From assembly GCA_050952645.1 (NCBI GenBank), contig JBMNLI010000010.1:224001-288000 (forward strand): a stretch of 64,000 nucleotides of DNA. The letters are read 5' to 3'. The position numbers and the translations under genes are program-made. The notes beneath the pieces are model-generated. The model was not told the origin of the DNA. It saw only the letters and a list, made by a program, of their open reading frames with translations, and did no database searches. Shown here piece by piece: positions 40,806-52,332 of this stretch. Position 1 is the first letter of the stretch; every line of letters begins with the position of its first letter. The stretch is from Bdellovibrionota bacterium. Its GTDB lineage: Bacteria > Bdellovibrionota_C > UBA2361 > CAKMMH01.

Positions 40806-42901
40806 TTAGATGGACATTCTACCATCGGCAGCTAATGAAACTTTTCCTTTTTCTCCAACGAAGAACGGGTTGATATCCATTTCTTTTATCTCAGGAAAAT
40901 CTATAATTAACTGACTTACTCTTTGAAGAACGTCTGCAATCTTTTCAACATCGTATCCAGCATGTCCTCTAACACCAGCTAAAATAGGGTAAGATTTAAT
41001 AGAAGATATCATTTCCATAGCATCGCTTTTTGAAAGAGGTGCTAATTTAAACACTACGTCTTTCATAACCTCTACGAAAATTCCTCCAAGACCAAACATT
41101 ATCATAGGACCAAATTGTGGATCGCGCGTCATACCGATAATAACCTCTTTTCCACCATCGCACATTCTTTCTAAATACGTTCCTACAATGTTTGCCTTAG
41201 GATGAGATTTTGCTATTCTCGTAGTCATCTCTTCAAAAGCAGCTTCCACTTCTTCCTTAGATTTTAAAAATAACTTAACGCCCCCAACATCAGATTTATG
41301 AACTATATCTGGTGAAGAAATTTTCATAGCTATCGGATAGCCCGCTTGCTCTGCTATGTTTCCTGCTTCTTCTTTACTCTTAGCAAGCCCTCCTTGTGGA
41401 ATATCGATGCCATAAGCTTTAAACATAGCCTTAGTTTCAACTTCTCCAAGTTGTGTTAAGCCTTTCTTTTTAGCGTCTGCTAAAATCTCTTCTACAGCTT
41501 TCTTATCTACATTAAACGATACTTGTTTTTCTTCTTTTTTATTTAACCACGTGCCGTAATCTAGCATAGTTTTTAATGTCGTAATGGCTCTTACTGGGTC
41601 TGTAAAGTTAGGAATTCCGTTTTTGCTTAACACGTCTCTACCCTCATCTACTATTACTCCCCCCATCCATACAGCAAGCACAGGTTTTTCATGCGTCATA
41701 TTTTTTGCTATCTCTTCGGCCGACTCGACCGCTTTAGTCATAGCTTGTGGAGTTAAGATAACTACAACTGCATCTACATTTGGATCTTTTTGAGCCATAA
41801 TTAAAGCCTCTGCATACTTCTCTGGGCTTCCATCACCTAAAATATCTATAGGGTTTGCCACAGATGCCGCAGCCGATAATTTTTCTGCTAGTTCTTGCTG
41901 TAAGGTTTTATCTAGAACTGCCATATTCATTCCTGAATTTTCAACGGCATCCGTTGCCATAATTCCCGGCCCTCCAGCATTAGTAATAACTGCAACATTT
42001 TTTCCTTTAGGTGGTTTTTGCATAGATAGTGCAAGGGAGATATCGAATAGAGACTCGAAGCTATGCGCCCTAATTACTCCCGATTTATGGAATGCAGAAG
42101 AGTAAGCAACATCTGCCCCAGCTAAGCTTCCCGTATGAGATGAAGCCGCCTTACTTCCCGATGCAGTAGTTCCAGATTTAAAGATAACTATCGGTTTTGT
42201 TTTAGAAACTTTTGAAGCGATATCCATAAATTTTGCACCATTATTGATACTTTCAAGATAGCAAGTAATAACTTTTGTATCTTCATCTTCTGCTAACGCT
42301 TCGATAAAATCATTTTCATCTAGGTCAGATTTATTTCCCATAGAGATAACTTTTGAGAAGCCTACTTTTTCTTTTTCTGCCCAGTCTAAAATTGCGGCGC
42401 AGAGTGCTCCAGATTGCGACAAAACTGAAATGCTACCAGTTAAAGGCATTTGTTTTGCAAATGAAGCATTCATTTTATGGTGAGCATTTATTATACCTAA
42501 ACAGTTTGGCCCTAGCAATCTAACGCCTTTTTCTTTACAAATATCTGCTATTTCTTTTCTAGAAGAGCCCCTTCGTGGCTTACCTCTTTAAATCCTGCCG
42601 TAATAATACAAATGGCTTTTGCACCTGCTTCAATACTTGCTATCGTAGCCGATTTCACAGCTTTTGTAGGAAGTGAAATTACGCTTAAATCGACAGGCTT
42701 CCCGTACGTTTGTAAATCGGGATAACATTTAAGACCTAATATTTCATCTGCCGATGGGTTTACAGGAATTATATTTCCTTCAAATTTAGCATCTACTAAA
42801 TTATAAACGATCTCATATCCAACTTTCCCTGGGGTTCTAGAAGCTCCTACAACTGCTACGGTTTCTGGATTAAATAAATCTTTCAACATACCTTTTGACA
42901 T
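40806..42901 (-). CDS. ADP-forming acetate--CoA ligase (alpha/beta fusion), frameshift near 42550
   Basis: VAVVGAS, GPNCLG, SQSGA, ASSHTGSLAG, TNAGGPG, NPIDI, HKSDVGGV, DINP. Confidence 0.92.
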
Positions 42902-43142
42902 ACTATAAATCCTTATAAATAAAATGAAAAAATTAAAATAAAATTCTTAAGAAATTTTAGCGTTTTTTAGAATTTTTTACGAACTTTATATAATAAAATT
43001 ATTATAACACATTATAAAAAAATTTAAAAATGGTTGAATTAACAAAAACGATACTTCGATACAAGATTTAATAAAAATAGCATCATCACAACGAAAAATG
43101 GAAATGCGTTTATTTATACTATAATTTTATGCAAAAGAGAAT

Positions 43143-43168
43143 TGTTGCATTAAGTATTACAATTTAAG
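43143..43168. repeat. Isolated IS30-like inverted-repeat end
   Basis: TGTTGCATTAAGTATTACAATTTAAG resembles IS30-family 26-bp IRs and the IR at 43867-43892. Confidence 0.4.
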
Positions 43169-43260
43169 TTCCTGCTTCAGACTGTAAAGTTAAAATTACT
43201 TTTAATTGATTAAAAAACAATCACGCTTATTGATAAAAAAATAATTCTAGAGAAATGCTC

Positions 43261-43342
43261 GAAAAAGTTATCCATAACTGATAGCGAGGTCGAGCAATTA
43301 AAAGCTAGAGACCAAGCTGTCAGGCTGTAGATAACTTTCTCA
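43261..43342. repeat. Hairpin of the second repeat family
   Basis: GAAAAAGTTATCCATAACTGATAGCGAGGTC pairs imperfectly with GACCAAGCTGTCAGGCTGTAGATAACTTTCTC; the 3' half recurs at 17681-17730. Confidence 0.65.
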
Positions 43343-43464
43343 TAGAGTTTCAGCTTTCAGTCTTTCTGAAATAAACTAAAATCTATAACTAATTATTGAA
43401 TAGTCTAATGATATAATTTTTTTATGTAAATAGCTATCCCCAACCCAACTAAAGCAGTAATTTT

Positions 43465-43892
43465 CTATGCCGCTTTTAATTTAGCTTCTATTAGCTCTAA
43501 TTTTTTATCAAATAACTTCTGAGGAGTTGTTCCCCCTAGAATTCGCCTCGAATAATTATTTAAGTGGTTTTCTATCTTCGCAACCTCTTCTTTGCTTACA
43601 GTGGAAATCTTCGTCTCTTTCTTTATAAAACGACGAATCTGCCCATTTAGTTGCTCATTAGTGCCACATTCATAAGAACAATTAGGATGGCAATAATAAA
43701 TAGTAGTTCTCTTTAATCCTCCGAAAATAGAGCTTTCTAACGCTTCAAAATCTAAAAACTCTCTACCATTATCTACTGTTATTGTTTTAAAAATTGTGTC
43801 AATATAACACTTGTTTAGTTTATTAACGCTTTAACAGATTAGTCATGGATTTTCATTAGCAAAATGTGTCGCATTTTACCTTACAACTCGCC
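43465..43892 (-). pseudogene. IS30-family transposase remnant with left IR
   Basis: Minus strand reads IFKTITVDNGREF..IYYCHPNCSYECGTNEQLNGQIRRF..LNNYSRRILG; IR-like GGCGAGTTGTAAGGTAAAATGCGACA at 43892-43867. Confidence 0.85.
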
Positions 43893-43935
43893 TGAAATAT
43901 AAGGCAAAACACGGGTAAGCTTATATGATAAATTT

Positions 43936-43963
43936 GGCTCTTCACGTTTTAAGTGGGGGCTAA
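43936..43963. repeat. Left end of MITE-like repeat
   Basis: GGCTCTTCACGTTTTAAGTGGGGGCTAA, downstream of cmk. Confidence 0.8.
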
Positions 43964-43981
43964 GGAGAAATTGTTTTTAAC

Positions 43982-44678
43982 TTAAATAACTCCTTTTTCT
44001 TTTAAAATGGAAATCATTTTATTTATGACTGTCTCTATACCATCATTAGAATTATCTATTATATAAGCGTCTTTCGTCGGCACTGTAGGAGAAAGCGCCC
44101 TATGTTCATCTCTTTCATCTCTTTCTATTATTTCTATCTTCATATCATTTTTAAGCTTTTCTAGTTCTTCTTTAGATAATTCTTTATTACTGCTTAATTG
44201 TTTTATTCTTCTCTTTATTTTAGTTTCAGTATCTACTTTTATAAAAAATTTTACATCGGCATCTTTAAATACGACACTACCTACATCACGCCCATCGATA
44301 ACTATGTTAGAATCTTTAAATGCGTTTCTCTGTGGTTCAATTAAAAACGTGCGGATAGGTTCTAATGCACTCAAAATGGAAGTCATCTCGGAATTTTTAG
44401 GCGTATAAAGATACTCCATAACATTAAAGCCATCTAAAAGCATCACAGCAAAAGAGTCTTCTAGCACTAACTCGAAAGTGTGTTTTTCAAGCTCATTTAA
44501 AACGTCTTTAATATTTTTATGATCTACATTATTTTTTTAAAACTACATAGGCTACCGCTCTATATAAAATGCCAGTAGTTAAATAAACGAAACCTATTTT
44601 TTTTGCGAGCGTCTTAGCAAGAGTGCTTTTGCCAGTTGCCGACAAGCCGTCAATAGCTAAAACTTTTCTTTTTTGCAT
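43982..44678 (-). CDS. cmk: Cytidylate kinase, frameshifted in the 5' part
   Basis: 5' part [31 protein letters not shown]; 3' part [28 protein letters not shown]. Confidence 0.88.
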
Positions 44679-44778
44679 ATTTGATTGCATATTCGATTGC
44701 ATATTTGATTTTGAATTTTTGCGGTACGTTATTTTTGATTTACTTAGAATTTATTTAGAAAAATATTTATTTAAATAA

Positions 44779-44933
44779 GGCTCTTCACGCTTTTTGTAGA
44801 GATGACAAATTCTTTTAAATTAACTCTTTTAAATTAACTCTATTAGCTTAACTCTATTAAACTAGCTTTATCAAATTTTAGATAAAAAGCTTTTTAACAA
44901 GAAAATTTATACACTACAAAAAACGCGAAAAAC
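44779..44933. repeat. Degenerate MITE-like hairpin repeat
   Basis: GGCTCTTCACGCTTTTTGTAG ... CTACAAAAAACGCGAAAAAC. Confidence 0.6.
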
Positions 44934-44938
44934 TTTTT

Positions 44939-45115
44939 TTATTCTTCTACTTTTATTGCATCACAAGGACAAGCATCGATACAAGCTAAGCAATCTGCAC
45001 ATTGTCCTTCATCGATTTGAGCTGCTCCATCTACCATATTGATAGCGCCACAAGGGCAAGCATTTACGCAAGCTTCACAGCCAATACAAGTATCTTTATC
45101 TACTTTAGGTGCCAT
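44939..45115 (-). CDS. 2[4Fe-4S] ferredoxin (58 aa, not in the ORF track)
   Basis: MAPKVDKDTCIGCEACVNACPCGAINMVDGAAQIDEGQCADCLACIDACPCDAIKVEE; AAGGAG RBS. Confidence 0.95.
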   Translation of the reverse strand: MAPKVDKDTCIGCEACVNACPCGAINMVDGAAQIDEGQCADCLACIDACPCDAIKVEE

Positions 45116-45690
45116 AATTAAAAATTCTCCTTAAAAAGTTATAAGTAATTATTACAAACTAATTTATTACAAACTAATTTATTACAAACAACGAGAAATA
45201 ATATATTATTTTTACATTTTTTTAAAGTTATTTTTAAAAGTTGCCTTTAGCCCAAGTTTAAAAAAAACTACTATATTTAAAAAAACTTCTATACCTTAAA
45301 AAAACGCAAAGCTAGTTTAATACAAGTTTTTAATAATGTATATAAAGCTTTTTATAAAAAAATTTTATAAAAAATAAAGATGTTAGTTTTTATAAAGAGA
45401 TATCCTGCTTTTTAATTCCAGCTATACTAGTGTTAAAAACCAGAATGGGCATTTTATATATTTTCATCAGTAATTTCAGATAGTTATAATGCAAAATGAC
45501 TAAGATTAAAATTTCATATACCACTTATAAAACCAAAAGTGCATATTTAAACTACATTTTATTCAAGTTTAAATCTATGGAGTTCTCTTATCGCTTTAAT
45601 GCTATTTTTCTTTGACAATTATTTTAGATAAAGCAATTTGGCATTAGGAGAGCTTCCGTTTTTTATATTTTTAACCTTAAAGGAAAATTA

Positions 45691-47032
45691 TATGAAAACT
45701 AAGCAAATTTTATTATATGGCGTTATTTTATCATTATTATTTACTGGATTATTTACTAGCAATGCTTTTTCATCTGGATTTTACATATTAGAGCAAACTG
45801 GGCGTGGTGGTGGAAATGCTTTTTCAGGAACTACTACTGGCTATGGAGATGGAAGCGAGGTGTACTTTAACCCTGCCGCTATGTCGACATTAGATGATAC
45901 GACCGTATCGGCAAGCACGAGTTTAATTCAAGTAAATGCAAGATTTCACAATAGAAACTCGACTAACGCTCTAGGCGTTCCCGTGCAAGGAAATGGCTCG
46001 AATGGTGGTGGAGTTGCCGTAACGCCAAGCACGTTTATAGTATCTCCTATAACGGATAAATTAAATGCGGGCTTTGGTATTACTGCTCCTTATGGAACGA
46101 AATAAAGTATAACGAAGAGTGGATAGGGCGTTATAGAGCGGATAGCACAGATTTAAAAGTTATAACTTTTTCTCCAGCACTATCATATAAATTAACTGAC
46201 AATTTCTCATTAGGTGCACACGTAGGAATAAACTATGCTAAGGCAAGTGTCAGCAATGCCGTAGACTTTGGGACTATCGGAATGAGAGTTTTAGGGACAG
46301 AGCAAGGAGCGGCTTTAGGGCTTTCTCCTCAAGGAAATGATGGCTACGCAGATCTTGAGGGAGATGCTTGGGCTACAAACTATGGGTTAGGCGCTTTATA
46401 TACTTATGGAGAAGATAATAGAAATAGGATTGGTATTTCATATAGGACCAAAACTGCTTTCGATGTAAATGGAGATGCACGTTTTACGGTTCCAGAGGAA
46501 GTTTCATTTTTTACAGCAATCGAATGTTTTTGTAAATGCACAGTAAGCGCGCACATAACTATGCCTGAACACGTTACACTAGGTAAAAAATATTGGATAA
46601 ACGATAGGTTTGGACTTCAAGCTGAGGCTAGATTGGATTAGGTGGAGTAGATTTAAAGAGCTTCGTTTTTCTTATGGCTCTTCACAGCCAGACAGTGCTG
46701 AAAAGGAGGACTGGGATGACACATTTAGGTATTCAGCTGGTGCGTTTTATAAACTTACCGATGATTTAACTTTGAATGCTGGTTATATGTTTGACGAATC
46801 GCCCGTTCCGTCTAATAGGCGTTCACCAAGAATTCCTGATAATGATAGGCATTTAATAGGGGCAGGAGCAACGTATGATTTAACTGAGAATCTTGCTTTG
46901 AGTGCTTCTTATATTTACATCATCGTAAATGATGCCTCAATTCATGCAAAAGATGCTATAGGAAATACCTTAGATGGTAGATACGACCTTGGTATCCAAG
47001 TAGCAACTCTTGGGCTTACTTATAAATTTTAA
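45691..47032 (+). CDS. FadL/OmpP1 outer-membrane long-chain fatty acid transporter, two frameshifts
   Basis: Signal peptide, SGFYILEQ, YFNPAAM, APYG, RSPRIPDNDRH, C-terminal YKF; reading frame breaks near 46100 and 46630. Confidence 0.88.
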
Positions 47033-47060
47033 ATAGAAAAAAAAATTTAAAATACAAAAA

Positions 47061-47202
47061 GGCTCTTTATGTTTTAAGGCGTGAAGAGTTTTTTTTGTTC
47101 TTCACGTTTTAGATGGGTTTAAAATTCTTAAAAATAGCATCACCTTACCCCACGAGGGCCAAAAGAAACTGTTTTTCTAACCCACTTAAAGCGTGAAGAG
47201 CC
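47061..47202. repeat. Short palindrome plus full MITE-like copy (47097-47202) containing an intron-free target-like junction
   Basis: GTTCTTCACGTTTTAG ... TAACCCACTTAAAGCGTGAAGAGCC; internal ACCCCACGAG|GGCCAAAAGAAA matches the joined intron flanks ACCCCACGAA|GCCCAAAAGAAA. Confidence 0.88.
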
Positions 47203-47250
47203 ATACTTTATTACTAAAAATAATATTTATATAAAGTGAAAATTTAAACT

Positions 47251-48552
47251 CTATTCGATAATAATAGACTTTACCCTTAAAGACAATAATCTTTTATCTT
47301 CATCTTGGCTATTTTCTGAATGTGGCGAAGTGGCATCTAGCATAAAAAACTCTATTACTAAATTATCATTTCCTAACGGCGGTATATCAAAATCAATCTC
47401 AGTAATACTACTATCAATATTTCCAAAAAATACGGGAATACCAAAAACTAAAATAGAAACTCTCTGCGTTTCTCTCATCACCCCACCTAAAAAAACTTTG
47501 CATTTTAAACTTTGATTAGCCTTATAATCTTCTATCTTAGCTCCGAATAATAACCTTTTACCATCCGCCCAAGTGTAATCTTTTTCAGGGATTGAAAGCC
47601 CCGAAAAAATATAGGGTTTTACCGAAAAATCATTTTTTATAGCATTAAGCATAGTATTTAGCTCATACGAAACTAGCTTAACTTCAGAAAAACTTATGCT
47701 TTGAAACATTAAACCTAACAATCTAACATCTTCAGATACATTAAAACTCTTAGGAGAAAAAGCATTTTTTAAAAGAATACGAATAAAAACTATTTTCGTT
47801 CTTGGCACTACAAAATAAAATTTAATACCATCTAAAGATGCCACTTCATCGTGAAAAACTAAAACATCATTAGCAAAGATTTGCACATTTTGCGAATCAT
47901 TATTTATCGCTGATAATTTTGCATCAAAAAACATTAAACATTCTTGCTTATTTTCAAAATTAAAAGCAAACATCACTTGCTTAGCATCTGTCCAAGCCCC
48001 TATGCTTTCAGCACTAGATACTCCAGAAATCAAATATGGCAAAAAATTTTGCTCATTTTTTAAAAAACTAATTTTCTTTTGAGATGAAATGCTATTTACT
48101 TCACACCTTTCAAACACTAAACTTTTAATGCAAAGGGAAAGCTTTCGCTTATCTTCACTCTCGCTAAGTTCATAGGGAGAAATTGCATCATTTAAAATTA
48201 GCCTTATCTTTACCTTGCCATCAAAAGGCTTTGAAAAAATAAAATTGATTTTCTTTTCTACACATTCGCTCTCTTTTATTGTTTCATCAAAAGCCACGAT
48301 ATCATTAACATATATTTTAACATTTTGAGATTCATTATAAACCGTTAGCAAATCAAAGCTTCCTACAATCACTTGCACATCGTCTACAAAATTAAATGAA
48401 AGTTCTATCTCATTTTCAGATGTCCAAGCAAATCCATCTTCAGGCTCAGAAATCCCATATTCAAAATAATTTATTATATTATATTTATTACTAGAGAAAT
48501 CTAGCTTAGTTCCTAGGCTATATTCTTTGAAATTAAAATCATAAAAATACAT
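47251..48552 (-). CDS. Protein of three tandem beta-sandwich-like repeats (glycan-modification associated)
   Basis: Three ~140-aa units with G.S..E....W(T/A) and SP......ED.R.L.L motifs. Confidence 0.7.
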   Translation of the reverse strand: MYFYDFNFKEYSLGTKLDFSSNKYNIINYFEYGISEPEDGFAWTSENEIELSFNFVDDVQVIVGSFDLLTVYNESQNVKIYVNDIVAFDETIKESECVEKKINFIFSKPFDGKVKIRLILNDAISPYELSESEDKRKLSLCIKSLVFERCEVNSISSQKKISFLKNEQNFLPYLISGVSSAESIGAWTDAKQVMFAFNFENKQECLMFFDAKLSAINNDSQNVQIFANDVLVFHDEVASLDGIKFYFVVPRTKIVFIRILLKNAFSPKSFNVSEDVRLLGLMFQSISFSEVKLVSYELNTMLNAIKNDFSVKPYIFSGLSIPEKDYTWADGKRLLFGAKIEDYKANQSLKCKVFLGGVMRETQRVSILVFGIPVFFGNIDSSITEIDFDIPPLGNDNLVIEFFMLDATSPHSENSQDEDKRLLSLRVKSIIIE

Positions 48553-48603
48553 GGCTTTAGTTTATCCTAAAATATTTTATCATAACATATACAAATTATT
48601 TAA

Positions 48604-48628
48604 TTCTTCACACTTAAAACGTAAAGAG
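48604..48628. repeat. Collapsed MITE-like palindrome
   Basis: TTCTTCACACTTAAAACGTAAAGAG. Confidence 0.5.
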
Positions 48629-48668
48629 TAATTTTTATCGCCTCTTATACTATATTTTATACTATTTT

Positions 48669-49619
48669 TTATACTATTTTCTTTATATGATGCTCAGTAT
48701 AATTTTCCCTATGGCTTATATCTACAAGTAAATTACATATAAAACCAGTTGCTATAAACTGCAAACCCATGATTAAACATAGCACTCCAAGCAAAAGAGC
48801 AGGTCTATTTCCGATACTTTGCTCAGTAAAACACCAAACCCCAGTTAAATAAGCACAGATTAAAAATCCAATACTTGAAAACAAAATTCCTAACTTCCCA
48901 AATAAGTACATCGGTCTATCGTTATATCTAAGTAAAAATGTTGTCGTTAAAGAGTCGAAAAGTCCACGCAAATATCGCTCAAAGCCGTACTTAGATTTTC
49001 CATGTTTTCTTGTTTTATGCTCTACCGTGATTTCCGTTATTTTAAATCCTTCTCGATGAGCTAAAACTGGAATATACCTATGAAGCTCTCCGTAAAGGTC
49101 TAGCGACTCTATTACTTCCTTTCTAAAACATTTAAAACCACAATCAAAATCATGTAAGTTTACACCCGATAATTTTTTAGTTACGTAATTAAATAGCTTC
49201 GAGGGTAGCTTTTTCTCCATCGGGTCTAACCTATTAAATTTCCACCCTACTACTAAATCAAACCCCTCGTCTATTTTTTCTACAAACCTGGTCATCTCGC
49301 TTGGCTCATCTTGCAAATCGGCATCGAGCGTAAAAACGATATCCCCTACGGCGTGGCGAAACCCCGCATCGAGTGCAGGCGATTTTCCGAAATTTTTTCT
49401 AAAAGAAATTAAATGAACGTTTTTATCTTTTTCTATTAAACTTAAAATTTTACTTTCAGTTCCATCTTTACTGCCATCATTTATAAACCATATTTCATAG
49501 TTTAAAACTTGCCCCTTTTCTTTCATTACATTAAAACTTGCTAACAATTTATCGTGTAGCTCCTCTATCGAGGCTTCTTCATTATACGCAGGAACTATTA
49601 TAGAAATTTTTCTATTCAT
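48669..49619 (-). CDS. GT2 polyprenyl-phosphate glycosyltransferase (ArnC/GtrB-like)
   Basis: IIVPAYNEE, NDGSKD, RKNFGKS, LDADLQD, HDFDCGFK, two C-terminal TMs. Confidence 0.92.
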   Translation of the reverse strand: MNRKISIIVPAYNEEASIEELHDKLLASFNVMKEKGQVLNYEIWFINDGSKDGTESKILSLIEKDKNVHLISFRKNFGKSPALDAGFRHAVGDIVFTLDADLQDEPSEMTRFVEKIDEGFDLVVGWKFNRLDPMEKKLPSKLFNYVTKKLSGVNLHDFDCGFKCFRKEVIESLDLYGELHRYIPVLAHREGFKITEITVEHKTRKHGKSKYGFERYLRGLFDSLTTTFLLRYNDRPMYLFGKLGILFSSIGFLICAYLTGVWCFTEQSIGNRPALLLGVLCLIMGLQFIATGFICNLLVDISHRENYTEHHIKKIV

Positions 49620-49676
49620 CTTTCACCATTTATATAACATCATCATAAATCAAATTATAATCTGAAATTTTAACAC

Positions 49677-52079
49677 CTAGCCTTTTGCAGTATCGTTAAC
49701 TAATTTAATCTCACCTCTCTTTACGAAAGAATGCTTAGGTTTTATTGTAAATTCATAGTAATAATTATTATAAAATTTGTGTTTTAGCACAAGCCTTGCT
49801 TTAACAAAGTTTTCTTTGGTATTTTTTTTAAGCTTTATTTCCTGATTATCAGACAATTTAACTATATTATCTATAGGGCCTGATGATAAATTAAAAGCAA
49901 TTCCCTTTAGCGGTCTTCGAGAACTAATAATTAGACCTTGCTTATTATTGTAAGCAGTCCAGTATTTAGTATAATCCTCCCCTAAAATATTGTAGTAATC
50001 CGTGTAAGGGCCTTTCCAAATATAACTCGTTCTATCTATTGGTATCTTAGCCGAAGGTCCTATCTCGAGAATCTTATGTAGTTGCGTAAGCTCAATAGGT
50101 AAAATTTGCATTCTTTTTCTATTTCTAAACAACGAGGCACCTCTTAAAGCTTGGTTCATTGGGGTAAATAAAAAATAAAAAAATATTAAAAACGCAAACA
50201 AACTACCACATATAGTCCTTTTTAAAGATATAACGGGAACTAAAAATAAGAACGCTACTAGTATCTGTAAAAGATATCTATTCCCTAGAGATTGAGCTCC
50301 TCCATAATAATTATCATAACCTTGAAGCATAAAAAATAATATATGTCCTAATATTCCAAATAAAATATACCAATTTTCCTTTACATCTCTATATCTCAAA
50401 TTAAAAAACACTAAAAATAAACAAGGAAAATAGATTAGCGCTCCAGTTTGTCTACCAACTAAAAAATAAAAAATATTATATAAAAATGCTTTATAATCTT
50501 TTATCGCAATAATCGATTTGCTAACAATCGATGAAGTTCCAGTTTTTATATATTTTATTAGAGTAAAAATGTTTTCCTGTGTAATTTCCTCATCGTTATA
50601 TACTTGTATGTATGGAAAAAGCCCTCGAAAGTAATATCTAGTTCCACCATAAGGAGAAAACGAGCCTATTTCGCTAATATGATAAAAAGTAGGTATTAAA
50701 AATGATACGATTAAAATTCCAGTAAAAATCAAGATGTTTTTAAAGCTTTCTTTCTTATAAAAATTATCGAATAACAATTTTAAAAAACAGAAAAATGCAA
50801 ATGATAAAAATGGCGATCTTGAATATCCTATTATTCCAAATAAAAATGCTGACAAAATTAAATATTTTTTATCACGAGAGCCTTGTATATATTTTGTAAA
50901 AACAAATAAACTTAAGCCTAGCATAAAGACATTAAAAATATCTATGAAACACTCGAAAATATATCCCCATAGAACCGACAAGCTAATAAAGAGCAATGAA
51001 AATATGTATGATAAAACTTTATGATTTTTTCTTGATAAAAAGGCGTGCGATAAATAGATTAAACCATATAGACAAATTAAATTTAAAATCTCTAAACCAT
51101 TTGCCCCAAATAGCCAAACGAAAGGAACACCTACAAGACCGTATAAAATTGTTTTTGAAAAATAAAAATTATTATTATAATAATTTAAAAACAACCCTAC
51201 TGGGCCTCGATTAAAACCTGCCAAATAAAACCTTACTAAATCTTTTTTTTCGTATAGATTATTCATATCATACAAGAAGCTATAAGCTTGAGAAATATAC
51301 ACAGCCTCATCGCCAGTTATAATTTTTAGCGAGTTATTCAAATAATTTAGAAAAACTCCTATCGAAGTTATAACTACAAATAAACTTACTAAAAAAACTA
51401 GCTTGTAAGATTTAGTATTGTTAGACTTTAATATTAGAAATGCCACAGCCGCTATTAGCAATGAGAAGCAAATATTTTGCAAAACCCTACTACTAGCCTT
51501 ATACGTCCACACTTCTAATTTTGAAATTTCTAAGTCTACATTATCGTGGGTAAAAAATCTTAAATGCATCTCTTTTAGATGATTTTTTCCTACGTATAAT
51601 TTCGTTGCCACTCCTTGCACGCTATGGGTTAGCTCTATATTTATTTGATTTTCATCTTTATCAAAATTTTCTCCGTGCAAATCAACGTGTAAAAATTTAG
51701 GGGTATTTTGATTTGCTACATTTTTATTTTTTATGACAAATTTTAAAAACAATTCTTCATTTTCAAGCTTAATTAGTCTATAAAAAACATTTCCGTTATT
51801 TTTTATTTTATCTTCTGCTTCTCTATTGTTTACTTTATTTATGATGAGTTTATTATTTTTTATAAGAGCGGATACCGAGTTTTGTTCAACATTAAAAGAT
51901 TTAAACTTTATATCAGTTTTTTTAAGGTCTGAAACATGTAGATTCGTATTAGTATAAGTTAATATTAAAAATGTAAAAATAAAGAAAAATATAACAAGAA
52001 TTATAGAACAAGCATTAAATCTTTTTAAAATACGCATATATATATACCTTAAAGATGCTAGAAAGAATTTTTTTAGCAT
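49677..52079 (-). CDS. Large multi-TM membrane protein, probable GT-C glycosyltransferase
   Basis: TGDEAVY acidic loop after TM, about 13 TMs, GNRYLL; adjacent to the GT2. Confidence 0.65.
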   Translation of the reverse strand: MLKKFFLASLRYIYMRILKRFNACSIILVIFFFIFTFLILTYTNTNLHVSDLKKTDIKFKSFNVEQNSVSALIKNNKLIINKVNNREAEDKIKNNGNVFYRLIKLENEELFLKFVIKNKNVANQNTPKFLHVDLHGENFDKDENQINIELTHSVQGVATKLYVGKNHLKEMHLRFFTHDNVDLEISKLEVWTYKASSRVLQNICFSLLIAAVAFLILKSNNTKSYKLVFLVSLFVVITSIGVFLNYLNNSLKIITGDEAVYISQAYSFLYDMNNLYEKKDLVRFYLAGFNRGPVGLFLNYYNNNFYFSKTILYGLVGVPFVWLFGANGLEILNLICLYGLIYLSHAFLSRKNHKVLSYIFSLLFISLSVLWGYIFECFIDIFNVFMLGLSLFVFTKYIQGSRDKKYLILSAFLFGIIGYSRSPFLSFAFFCFLKLLFDNFYKKESFKNILIFTGILIVSFLIPTFYHISEIGSFSPYGGTRYYFRGLFPYIQVYNDEEITQENIFTLIKYIKTGTSSIVSKSIIAIKDYKAFLYNIFYFLVGRQTGALIYFPCLFLVFFNLRYRDVKENWYILFGILGHILFFMLQGYDNYYGGAQSLGNRYLLQILVAFLFLVPVISLKRTICGSLFAFLIFFYFLFTPMNQALRGASLFRNRKRMQILPIELTQLHKILEIGPSAKIPIDRTSYIWKGPYTDYYNILGEDYTKYWTAYNNKQGLIISSRRPLKGIAFNLSSGPIDNIVKLSDNQEIKLKKNTKENFVKARLVLKHKFYNNYYYEFTIKPKHSFVKRGEIKLVNDTAKG

Positions 52080-52332
52080 TACAAATTTATTGAGATAAAA
52101 CTAGCGCCTAAAACTAGCATAGAGAATATGTTTTATAAAGCCTAAAAAAGAGAGCTAATAGCGGTTTAGGCAAAAAACTCCATCTAAAATATATACACTA
52201 ATTAACCTTAAAAATAAATAGGTTAAAAAATACATAACTTTAAAAATACATAGCTTAAAAATTTACGAGTTTACTTTGAGGCGTATTAAAGTTTTTAGTA
52301 AAAACAAGGAATGATTATTTAGAAGCTAAAAA

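Noticed and set aside
46103..46105. TAA in fadL as stop-codon readthrough
   Set aside because: The protein continues in a different frame (TKIKYNEEWIGRY after restoring one A), so it is an indel.
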